A stretch of 64,000 nt of DNA, taken from IMG/VR virus record IMGVR_UViG_3300049783_001607; one strand, 5' to 3'. Below the pieces are notes generated by a model. It made no database searches, was not told where the DNA came from, and was given only the letters and a program-made list of their open reading frames with translations. The DNA comes from a virus. The first letter of the stretch is position 1, and every line of letters starts with the position of its first letter. A program made the position numbers and the translations under genes. Of this stretch, positions 1 through 7,845 are shown one piece after another.

Positions 1-20
1 CCAATTTTCGCCACATAGAC
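1..20 (-). tRNA. 5' fragment of a tRNA, probably tRNA-Leu, truncated by the window edge
   Basis: Reverse complement GTCTATG-TG-GCG-AAAATTGG gives an acceptor 5' strand and a Leu-type D-arm start. It continues the minus-strand array. The anticodon is outside the window. Confidence 0.55.
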
Positions 21-80
21 AAATTACGATTTCAAAAACTTCTTGTACAGAAGATAACCTAATCGTTTGGTTAATTTGTG

Positions 81-154
81 GGTGAAAGCTGGGGCTCGAA
101 CCCAGGGCTCCAGGACCACAACCTAGCGCTTTAGCCGGTTAAGCGACAATCACC
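81..154 (-). tRNA. tRNA-His(GTG)
   Basis: Cloverleaf with anticodon arm CTAGG-TTGTGGT-CCTGG, T-arm CTGGG-TTCGAGC-CCCAG and a G-1:C73 pair. The acceptor stem has two U-U mismatches. Confidence 0.9.
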
Positions 155-188
155 ATATAATCTATATATTGTATATATAAATTGATAG

Positions 189-259
189 ATGAGGTAAAGA
201 GGCTCGAACTCTTGATTCGGCCGTCAAAGGGCCGCGTGTTACCGCTACACCATACCTCA
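189..259 (-). tRNA. tRNA-Gln(TTG)
   Basis: Acceptor TGAGGTA/TACCTCA, anticodon arm CGGCC-CTTTGAC-GGCCG, T-arm AAGAG-TTCGAGC-CTCTT. Confidence 0.93.
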
Positions 260-270
260 TTATTACATTG

Positions 271-342
271 TACTGCGACGGAGAATCGAACTCCGGTTAC
301 CAAGGTGAAAGCCTGGCGTCTTAGCCACTGGACGACCGCAGC
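271..342 (-). tRNA. tRNA-Glu(TTC)
   Basis: Acceptor GCTGCGG/TCGCAGT, anticodon arm CCAGG-CTTTCAC-CTTGG, T-arm CGGAG-TTCGATT-CTCCG. Confidence 0.93.
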
Positions 343-375
343 ATATTTTATATCCGCTCATGATATAAATTATTG

Positions 376-452
376 TCTAAGAAGTGAGAATCGAACTCAC
401 GAATCTCTTGTTTCCAAAACAAGCGGGTTCTTCCGTCTGCCCTAGCCCCTAG
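376..452 (-). tRNA. tRNA-Pro(TGG), atypical
   Basis: Acceptor CTAGGGG/TTCTTAG with three G-U pairs, anticodon arm CTTGT-TTTGGAA-ACAAG, T-arm GTGAG-TTCGATT-CTCAC. Confidence 0.85.
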
Positions 453-467
453 AATTTATTATAAACT

Positions 468-497
468 AAAAAAACCTTCTAAATTAATAGAAGGTTT
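468..497 (-). terminator. Intrinsic terminator (attenuator) immediately upstream of the tRNA array
   Basis: Minus strand reads AAACCTTCTA-ttaatt-TAGAAGGTTT and runs into a 7-T tract. It ends 15 nt before tRNA-Pro. Confidence 0.85.
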
Positions 498-526
498 CTT
501 TATGTGTTTAATTATGACAGTTAAAT

Positions 527-610
527 TCAGCCAAGATCGAGTACAAGATTCCTTCCATTGATTAACAACGGTTGTTCCAGTAATTCGATATGACGTAATG
601 ATCTGTTCAT
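527..610 (-). CDS. Putative attenuator leader peptide, 27 aa (MNRSLRHIELLEQPLLINGRNLVLDLG)
   Basis: ATG lies 4 nt after the TATATTTG box (leaderless) and TGA is at 527-529. It has 8 Leu plus H, E, E, Q and P codons and sits directly upstream of the terminator. Confidence 0.65.
   Translation of the reverse strand: MNRSLRHIELLEQPLLINGRNLVLDLG
545..559 (-). promoter_or_regulatory. Antiterminator segment inside the leader ORF
   Basis: AATGGAAGG-AA-TCTT (559 to 545) is complementary to AAGA-AA-CCTTCTATT (500 to 486), which covers the terminator 5' arm. 13 of 15 positions pair, including one G-U. Confidence 0.65.
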
Positions 611-614
611 ATTG

Positions 615-647
615 CAAATATACAATTATAGTTTAATATATAACTAA
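615..647 (-). promoter_or_regulatory. Bacteroidota sigma-A-type promoter for the leader/tRNA operon
   Basis: TTAG-N21-TATATTTG matches the Bacteroidetes -33 TTTG / -7 TAnnTTTG consensus. The -7 box is exact. Confidence 0.7.
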
Positions 648-690
648 TAAAAGAAAAATATTTTGTATATTTATCGATTAAAGACTTATT

Positions 691-1482
691 ATGGCCGATA
701 AACCTAACAGAATTAAAATTGATACTCATAGAGGGAAAGAAAATACTGCTTTCGGTAAGCATTCAAGAGTACCTTTTAATATAGAAGATCTTGATTCTAG
801 AAGTCTTTTAATCCTAGCTTTTATAGACATCGATCAATTTTTAGACTCGAAATTTAAAACTAAAAACATTAGACGAATTATAAGACTGGAGGATTTTTCT
901 TTTACTTTAGGTGTAAGTAAAAACACGGTTAAAAAGTGTTTAAAAGAATTGGAGACTAAAGAGTTAATAACTTCTACATATAAACACAGTGTAGGTACTT
1001 CGTATATATCTAATATAGTCAAACTGCATGTAAAATATCAAATAATAACTTACTCATTTATTTCTAGACAGGATTTATCTCATTCAGTAAAAGCTTTTAT
1101 ATTAAAGGTTATAATGCTTGGAGAAAATAGAATATCTAACATACGAAACGTTACAGCTTTAGTAAAAGAAACTAGTACTCCAAGAAGAAAAGTAAATGAA
1201 GTTTTGGACTCTTTGTTATTGCAAGGATATATATTGGATCATCCTACAGAAAAGTCAATTCAAATATTGGATGTATCTGGTATAATGTTAGATTCGGAAG
1301 AAAAGTTAATGCTTGAACACAGACAATTAAGAGAAGCCATATCTTTTTATGAAACTAATCTTCCTACTTTTAGTGAAGATGATACAGAAGAGATTTCTAG
1401 ATTAAAGTCTGAAGTAGGGAGACTACTTAAAAAAATAGAAATGATCCAAAATGGCAAAAGTAAAAATCATAAAAAGACATAG
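691..1482 (+). CDS. Winged-HTH DNA-binding protein (regulator or replication-initiator-like), with C-terminal coiled coil
   Basis: Two HTH-like segments (LEDFSFTLGVSKNTVKKCLKELETKELI and VTALVKETSTPRRKVNEVLDSLLLQGYI). Divergent from the tRNA promoter. Confidence 0.6.
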   Translation: MADKPNRIKIDTHRGKENTAFGKHSRVPFNIEDLDSRSLLILAFIDIDQFLDSKFKTKNIRRIIRLEDFSFTLGVSKNTVKKCLKELETKELITSTYKHSVGTSYISNIVKLHVKYQIITYSFISRQDLSHSVKAFILKVIMLGENRISNIRNVTALVKETSTPRRKVNEVLDSLLLQGYILDHPTEKSIQILDVSGIMLDSEEKLMLEHRQLREAISFYETNLPTFSEDDTEEISRLKSEVGRLLKKIEMIQNGKSKNHKKT

Positions 1483-2275
1483 TCTAAAAAAATTTAAAAG
1501 AAAAAAATCAAGGCTTAATAAAAAACCAGTTTTTAAAAATGAAGTATTAGTAGGAATAATATCTAAAAGAAAAAAGAAGGTATATCCATCCCATAAAAAT
1601 AAGCTCGTGTATACTTATGTACTAAAAGACATAAAAAAGAATATTTATAAGATAGGTAAAACAGCCGATCCTCACGCAAGATTTAAATCGTTGTGTAAAA
1701 AAGGACGAGTAATGCCAATAGCACTAGTTAACAAAGATATAGAAGGAGTATTACATAAAGAATACGCGGATAATAGAATATTTAATGAAGAGTATAAAAT
1801 GAACGGAGCTACTGAGTGGTTTAAACCAGGAGGAAAGTTTGACAAGTTTATTGAGACGGTAGATAAAGGAAAGTTTTTACCTTATATAACTCTTCATTCC
1901 ATGACTAAAGATTTAATTGAAGACAATGTTATAAGAATAAATGATTCTACAGTTGAATGGGAATTATCTCAAAGTACCTTTGGGTATTATTTAATAGGTT
2001 TAGAATTATTAGTGATGTTGGGCTATATTAAAAAAGCTGGGAAAGTAGTTATAGCGGGAGATAGAGATAATATTTTATTGATAGGTAGACGAATATCTGT
2101 ATCTGATCATATATATAACGAGATTAAAAGTAAATATTTTGTATATTTAGCCCACAAAGTAACTAAAAGTATTATATCTGAAAATAAAGTCAAAACTTCT
2201 AGACTTAGAAAAGTTGTAATTGAAGATACCGACTTTGATTCAGAGTTATTTTTACTATTAAATAGTGTATTATAA
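1451..2275 (+). CDS. T5orf172/GIY-YIG-superfamily domain protein with basic N-terminus
   Basis: Motif series YTYVLK..YKIGKT.DP..R...L, E..LH and EWF. Confidence 0.7.
   Translation: MAKVKIIKRHSLKKFKRKKSRLNKKPVFKNEVLVGIISKRKKKVYPSHKNKLVYTYVLKDIKKNIYKIGKTADPHARFKSLCKKGRVMPIALVNKDIEGVLHKEYADNRIFNEEYKMNGATEWFKPGGKFDKFIETVDKGKFLPYITLHSMTKDLIEDNVIRINDSTVEWELSQSTFGYYLIGLELLVMLGYIKKAGKVVIAGDRDNILLIGRRISVSDHIYNEIKSKYFVYLAHKVTKSIISENKVKTSRLRKVVIEDTDFDSELFLLLNSVL
2267..2274 (+). promoter_or_regulatory. Putative phage late-promoter core GTATTATA (also 7053, 17411, 34824, 41787, 45800; variant at 11878)
   Basis: The same octamer lies 23-42 nt upstream of start codons at operon boundaries. Confidence 0.55.
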
Positions 2276-2298
2276 TAATAAGATATAAATCATACAAA

Positions 2299-3087
2299 AT
2301 GAACTTTTATACAAACCACAAAAAATCTAAGCTAAAGTTTCAAGCAGGTAGCGTATTACCTAATTCTGGATTTCAAGAGGATAGTTACTACAAAAATTTT
2401 TTCCCTGATGTTATGAGTCGTAAAGAAACATCTGCATTACCTCTTTCTGATGACCCTGTAAAAACAGCTTCTATGGGAGAATATCTAGCTGTATCAGGAT
2501 CTCCTGGAAACGTTAAACCTATTATTTCTGACGCTAATTTATTACAGATTTTAGATGATAAACTAGAAAACGCTAAACAAGGAAAAGGAATCGAAGAGTT
2601 ACAAAGAGAATTAAAAGTAGTAGACGATGACATTTGGGGTCCAAAATCTCAAAAGGCTTTCGATAATCTAAGAAGAGAGCTGTATCTTAATACTGTAGAA
2701 GGTAGAGAAGAAGATAGTAAGATTAAATATATACAAGAACATCTAGGAGTTAGATCTGACGGAATTTGGGGAAGAAAAACTCAAGACGCTTATAAAATAG
2801 TTACTAACAGACAAAATACATTAGGTGTATCTGAAGACGGGATTTGGGGAAAAGAATCCCAAGCAGCTCAAGATGAGTTAACAAATTCTTTATCTAGGCC
2901 TATTAAAGCATTATATGATGAGGATATGACTTCTGGATTACTGGCAAAAAGAGCACAGCCTCTTGAAGGAGCTGAATCTAGAAAAGCTAGAAGAGATTAT
3001 AAAAGAAAAATAAGAAAAGCTAAAAGAGTTTCTAGAAAAGAGGCTAGAGAAAATAAAAAATTAGAGGGAGGTGGTCTTTTCTACTAG
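2299..3087 (+). CDS. Peptidoglycan-binding-repeat protein, probable virion cargo
   Basis: Three PG_binding_1-like repeats (DDDIWGPKSQ, SDGIWGRKTQ, EDGIWGKESQ). KFQAG and KLEGGG motifs at the termini. Confidence 0.65.
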   Translation: MNFYTNHKKSKLKFQAGSVLPNSGFQEDSYYKNFFPDVMSRKETSALPLSDDPVKTASMGEYLAVSGSPGNVKPIISDANLLQILDDKLENAKQGKGIEELQRELKVVDDDIWGPKSQKAFDNLRRELYLNTVEGREEDSKIKYIQEHLGVRSDGIWGRKTQDAYKIVTNRQNTLGVSEDGIWGKESQAAQDELTNSLSRPIKALYDEDMTSGLLAKRAQPLEGAESRKARRDYKRKIRKAKRVSRKEARENKKLEGGGLFY

Positions 3088-3143
3088 CTCAATAAAAAGT
3101 GCGAAAATAGCATTTAATAAGAACAATATGAAAACAACTAAAT

Positions 3144-4037
3144 ATGTTAATAGAAGATTGGAGACCTAAATTATATTGCAAAAATGTAGAGTGTCAAAAC
3201 CTTTCACCAAATAAAAAAGTATTTTTTATAGAGGAAGGGCATAAATATTACCATGAAAATGATATAGTAAACGGAAAAATAACGCCGTTTGAAAACTCTG
3301 AATTTAAATTTAAATCTCCTACAGGAATAATAGGAGATCTTTACGAACATTTTGACGTCATACCCCAAGCAAAAAAATATGTCAAAAAACATGAGCTACC
3401 TATTACATGGGAGCAGTTAGTATATGCTTGGGAGCAGTTAGGTTTAATAGCCTCTGAAGAAGGTACGATACTTCACGGTTATGGAGAAGCTTTATTCAAT
3501 AACTGGCCTATGGAAGCTCCTACTTTAATCAAACAGCCTTTTGTACATACTCTATACAAAGAACTTTTATCTAAATATACGTTAGCTAAAACAGAGCTTC
3601 TTGTATATTCTACTAGATTACGATTAGCTGGCCAAGTTGATCTATTAATGAAAAATAAAGACGGCTCAGAATATTACATTTTAGATTATAAATTTTTAAA
3701 TAAGCCTATAGAGAAAAAAAGCTTTTTTAATTGGGGAACAAAAAAATTTAAAATGATGAAAGGCCCTTTCAAGCATTTAATGGATTGTAATTTTATACAC
3801 TATAGTATTCAAATGGAGCTATACAGATATCTTATGGGATCTATAGGTAATAAGGTTAAAAATAAAACTTTAATGGTTGTAACAACTAAAAACTATGAAT
3901 TAGTTGAAGGGCATCCTATTAAAATATGGTTTTCAGCAGACGGTGTAATGCATGCAAAATATCGACATTACAAAAATAAATTATATGATAGCTCTAAAGA
4001 TAACAGCTATTTAAAAAACACTTACAAAATACTTTAA
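3144..4037 (+). CDS. PD-(D/E)xK (Cas4/RecB-like) nuclease
   Basis: GT.LH, ELLVYS..LAGQVDLL, ILDYK and Y.IQMELY motifs. A typical terminase neighbour in crAss-like phages. Confidence 0.85.
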   Translation: MLIEDWRPKLYCKNVECQNLSPNKKVFFIEEGHKYYHENDIVNGKITPFENSEFKFKSPTGIIGDLYEHFDVIPQAKKYVKKHELPITWEQLVYAWEQLGLIASEEGTILHGYGEALFNNWPMEAPTLIKQPFVHTLYKELLSKYTLAKTELLVYSTRLRLAGQVDLLMKNKDGSEYYILDYKFLNKPIEKKSFFNWGTKKFKMMKGPFKHLMDCNFIHYSIQMELYRYLMGSIGNKVKNKTLMVVTTKNYELVEGHPIKIWFSADGVMHAKYRHYKNKLYDSSKDNSYLKNTYKIL

Positions 4038-4038
4038 T

Positions 4039-4296
4039 ATGGAAAATAATTTAAGACCTAGAACAGACAGAATATTTTTTGCTTCAGGTGATTTAGTACA
4101 GCTAAAACATAAACTTCGTAATAAACCAGAAATGCTTGTACAATCAGTTGATAAAACAATAATTAAATCATTCACTGAAGAAAATAATAAAGGTACATTA
4201 TTAGGAATTACCTGTATATGGTTCACAGATACTGGAGCACTTCAAAAGCATCGATTTAATACTAAGGACATAGAAAAGATAGATAGCGATGATTAA
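4039..4296 (+). CDS. YodC/DUF2158-like small beta protein
   Basis: F..GDLVQLK....P.M.V ... C.WF...G.LQ...F pattern. Confidence 0.6.
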   Translation: MENNLRPRTDRIFFASGDLVQLKHKLRNKPEMLVQSVDKTIIKSFTEENNKGTLLGITCIWFTDTGALQKHRFNTKDIEKIDSDD

Positions 4297-4858
4297 ATTT
4301 ACTTTAGTAGGTGGGAAAGTAGTGCTTGATCCTAATATAGTACTATTTGAGCCGTTACATAAATTGTATAAAAGTAAAAACGGGCCTAAATATTTACAAG
4401 TTATTTATTATATGAATTCTACGGATCCTGATAATCCGTTTAGAGATTTTGATCCCTTTGTATTAGAAGAAAATGTTTTAATGACCATTTTTAAAAAGAA
4501 TAGTTTTGAATCTTTGAAAATGTCTGGCGAGTTAAAACTTTTATTCCAGGAGGCAGAAGATATTTTTATAAAGCATAACAGCACCCCTGAAAAAAGATTA
4601 CTTAAAGCAGTAGATAAAAAACTTGATGAAATATCTACTATGCTTAATGAAAACATACCTAAAATAGAAGAATCTGTTAGTGAAATACATGGAACAAAGT
4701 TTAGTACTAACTTAAATATAATGCTTAATGCTTTTACTAAAATAGAAGTTATTATGAAAAGTAAAACTTTATTGCAAAACGCGGTTCTTAAAGCTGACGG
4801 TGCAGGTAAAGTAAGAGGCGGAGGTTCAACTAGTTTTAGAGAAAGGGGACTTAAATAA
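4289..4858 (+). CDS. Hypothetical protein, possible terminase small subunit
   Basis: Helical, coupled to terL by TAATG, with a C-terminal VRGG motif. Called from position only. Confidence 0.45.
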   Translation: MIKFTLVGGKVVLDPNIVLFEPLHKLYKSKNGPKYLQVIYYMNSTDPDNPFRDFDPFVLEENVLMTIFKKNSFESLKMSGELKLLFQEAEDIFIKHNSTPEKRLLKAVDKKLDEISTMLNENIPKIEESVSEIHGTKFSTNLNIMLNAFTKIEVIMKSKTLLQNAVLKADGAGKVRGGGSTSFRERGLK

Positions 4859-7029
4859 TGAGAATAAGTGCAAAAACAAAGTACGATCGGTACAACAAAA
4901 ATAAACTTCCTTTTCTAAATAGGTCGGATGACAAAATAATGAATGGTCATTGGGATGTTACAGAAACAGTTGAATTTTTAACAGGTATACGTACAGGCGA
5001 GGAGGAAATAAGACTAAAAGATTACTTAGTCTATAGACCTTTGCCTAAAGCTATTACTGCTTTAACCGTAAAACCTGATGTACATCCGCAGAGCTATGAC
5101 ATGCAGATGTACTATAAGAAAATAAACAAGGCCATGGAAGAAGGAATCTATATAGGTTCTGAGTACTATAACCCTATGTTTTGTTTTTGGCTTATTATGT
5201 TTATGTTTGAAATCCCATTATATGATGACAAAGGTAACCCTCTAGACGGTTTTGAAGTAGGTAGACCTTTGTATTCTAATATTGATAGATACGTTTTTGA
5301 TCTTTTATGGAAAGGGTACAAAACTAGAAAGTACGGAGCCATAATGGGAGGAAGAGGTATAGGTAAATCTTTTATTACTGATTCTGTAATGGCTTGGTAC
5401 TATATGATTTTTGATAGCCAAGAGTTAATTGTATCTGCAACTTCTGATCCAATTGTAGAAGAAGCTTGGGATAAAGTTACAGACACTATTAAAGCCATAG
5501 AAAAAGAATACCCGGGATACAGACAAAAGCAAAAAACCAGCTCAACTAAAAAAATTGTAGCTGGAGAAGAGTATTTTGATAGTAATCACGATGAACAGAC
5601 AAGAGGGTCTGGTAACGAAATTAGAAGAATAACTTACGCAGATAATCCTAACGTTACAAGGGGTAGAAGACCTCATTTTCAACACATAGAAGAATTTGCA
5701 TCATTCCCGTCACACCCGTCAAAAGGATCTCTTAAAAATTGTTTGGGACAATCCAAAGGTTCTTGGAAAATAATGGGTTCTATTATGAAAGCTTTTGTAA
5801 TGTTGACTGGTACAGGGGGATCTGTAAATAATAAAGACGCTGAAGACGTGTTTACTAATCCACGAGGTTTTAATTTGCTTCTTGTAAACGAGTGGGGAAG
5901 AGAGACAGGTATATTTATTCCGGCTTATTTAAAGTATGGAGGAACATGGGAGCATTCTGGAGTACCTAATATTGAACTAGCTATGAGACAGCTGATTCAA
6001 TCTAGAAAAGATTTAGAGTCAGATCCTGTAGCATTTATGCAAGAATTACAAGAATTCCCTATAACATTAGAAGAAGTTTTTACTGTAACAGGTACAAATA
6101 TATTTAATCAAGACAAGATTGCTGAGCAGCTTACTAAATTAAAAGTGGCGACAGTTAAACCTTGGAAAGAAGGAAGACTTGACTATATAATGGATAAAGA
6201 AGGTAACCCTACCGGAGTAGAGTTTATAGAAGTTAGAGGAGGTAAAATTATAATTGTAGAGCCGCCAGATATAGAATCGAATGGCCAAATAATGAATAAT
6301 TTATATGTGGGCGGAGTGGATAGTATTGATCAAGGTAAAAAAGATTCTTTAGTAGACGGGTCTAAGCTAGCTGTAGCAATTAAAAAGCGTATATCTAATA
6401 ACATGTTTAGCAGGACTAGTCAAGTATACGTTGCATTTTATAATGAAAGATCTGACGATGTTAGATGGGATTATGAAAATGTACTTAAGCTGTCGATGTA
6501 TTACAACGCTAAGTTAAATATTGAGTATACCAAAATAAATATTATATCTTTTTTTAGGGATAAAGGTCAGTTATGGAGAATATTAAAAAGACCTTCTATT
6601 GCTATAGGGTCTAATGTCAGCGGCGCTAAAGCCAGTACTCTTTTAGGTACTCCTGCAACAGGTGCTGTAATCGATCACCAGGATCAAAAATTTGCGGATT
6701 ATATTGACGATTATTACTATCTAATTATGTATATTCCAGTTTTGGAACAATCTAGAGATTACTCTAGAGAAAAAAGGACTGCGTTTGATTTTGTTGTAGC
6801 CTGCGGATTAGCGGAACTAGCTGATGAAGATTTTTTAGGTAAGCCTGCTTCCACTACTGGTACAGCCTCAAGCGACCTTGCTATGATAGGTGTCTATAGA
6901 GATAGAAATGGTAAAAAAAGATGGGGGCCAATACCTAAAAAAGAAACCGAAATTACTTCTATTGCAGAAGAAGAATTACAGAGTGATAATAGCTCTGACG
7001 CATATAAATGGGTAGTTGATAGTCCATAG
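4858..7029 (+). CDS. terL: Terminase large subunit
   Basis: Walker A GGRGIGKS, Walker B HIEE, coupling motif TGTGG, RNase H-like GGVDSID and FDFVVA. Confidence 0.93.
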   Translation: MRISAKTKYDRYNKNKLPFLNRSDDKIMNGHWDVTETVEFLTGIRTGEEEIRLKDYLVYRPLPKAITALTVKPDVHPQSYDMQMYYKKINKAMEEGIYIGSEYYNPMFCFWLIMFMFEIPLYDDKGNPLDGFEVGRPLYSNIDRYVFDLLWKGYKTRKYGAIMGGRGIGKSFITDSVMAWYYMIFDSQELIVSATSDPIVEEAWDKVTDTIKAIEKEYPGYRQKQKTSSTKKIVAGEEYFDSNHDEQTRGSGNEIRRITYADNPNVTRGRRPHFQHIEEFASFPSHPSKGSLKNCLGQSKGSWKIMGSIMKAFVMLTGTGGSVNNKDAEDVFTNPRGFNLLLVNEWGRETGIFIPAYLKYGGTWEHSGVPNIELAMRQLIQSRKDLESDPVAFMQELQEFPITLEEVFTVTGTNIFNQDKIAEQLTKLKVATVKPWKEGRLDYIMDKEGNPTGVEFIEVRGGKIIIVEPPDIESNGQIMNNLYVGGVDSIDQGKKDSLVDGSKLAVAIKKRISNNMFSRTSQVYVAFYNERSDDVRWDYENVLKLSMYYNAKLNIEYTKINIISFFRDKGQLWRILKRPSIAIGSNVSGAKASTLLGTPATGAVIDHQDQKFADYIDDYYYLIMYIPVLEQSRDYSREKRTAFDFVVACGLAELADEDFLGKPASTTGTASSDLAMIGVYRDRNGKKRWGPIPKKETEITSIAEEELQSDNSSDAYKWVVDSP

Positions 7030-7095
7030 TAGAATAATATAAAAATTAAATAGTATTATATAATCATGAGTAAATAACATAATAATAAGAACAAT

Positions 7096-7833
7096 ATGAA
7101 AACACAAAGTAAAGGCATCACTAAAGCCGATGTTGTAAATGGTACGAATGGACCTAATGTAGTTAGAAGTATGGCGAGAGCTAAAAATTTAACTGCTAAA
7201 AATGATTTAAGTGAAATTAGAGCGGTAGGTGATAGAATAGTGGTAACACTAAAATCATGGCCTGCACAAAGTATGAACGGAGTATTTATGCCTGAAAGTT
7301 ATACTGTAATTAGAGGTAATATGTATGTTACAGAAGTTGTATCTATAGGATCAGATGTAACTTTAGTAAAAGCTGGAGATGTGATAGTTGTATCCATTTA
7401 TTCAGGATTTCATATAACAACAAAAACAGGGCATGCTAAAATAATATCAGAATCAGACGTACTAATTTTTAAATCAAAAAAAGAGATGGACACAAATAAA
7501 TCATTTAACCCAAAAACATTCAAACCTGGGATTAATAATATACTAGTTGAAATGATCGAAAGAAAGCAAGTTGTAACCGCATCTGGAATTATTTCAGAAG
7601 TAGGTGAAGATGACGTTTTTAATGACAATGATGTTGTAACTAAGTCAGCTAAAATTCTAGCAGTGGGGCCTACTAACGACTATGGAAAAGATTATAAAGA
7701 CGTAGGTATAGGATCTGTAATTATTATAGACTCTTTTGTAGGAAATAATTTAAACACTTCCGATATATCAGACGATTCAAAATACAGAGTTTTATTAAGT
7801 ACTGATATATTAGGATATATTGTAAAAAAATAA
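7096..7833 (+). CDS. Tandem (double-domain) GroES/Cpn10-like co-chaperonin
   Basis: Domain 1: IRAVGDRIVV..NGVFMP..VVSIG..VKAGDVI..ISESDVL. Domain 2: KPGINNILVE..TASGII..KILAVGP..VGIGSVI..LLSTDILGYI. Confidence 0.8.
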   Translation: MKTQSKGITKADVVNGTNGPNVVRSMARAKNLTAKNDLSEIRAVGDRIVVTLKSWPAQSMNGVFMPESYTVIRGNMYVTEVVSIGSDVTLVKAGDVIVVSIYSGFHITTKTGHAKIISESDVLIFKSKKEMDTNKSFNPKTFKPGINNILVEMIERKQVVTASGIISEVGEDDVFNDNDVVTKSAKILAVGPTNDYGKDYKDVGIGSVIIIDSFVGNNLNTSDISDDSKYRVLLSTDILGYIVKK

Positions 7834-7845
7834 CAGACAAATTAT

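Noticed and set aside
182-445. 87-aa plus-strand ORF
   Set aside because: It is the antisense shadow of tRNA-Gln, Glu and Pro.
3144-4037. Cas4 as part of a CRISPR-Cas system
   Set aside because: No cas genes or array, and no Fe-S cysteine cluster pattern. It is the ordinary terminase-linked PD-(D/E)xK nuclease.
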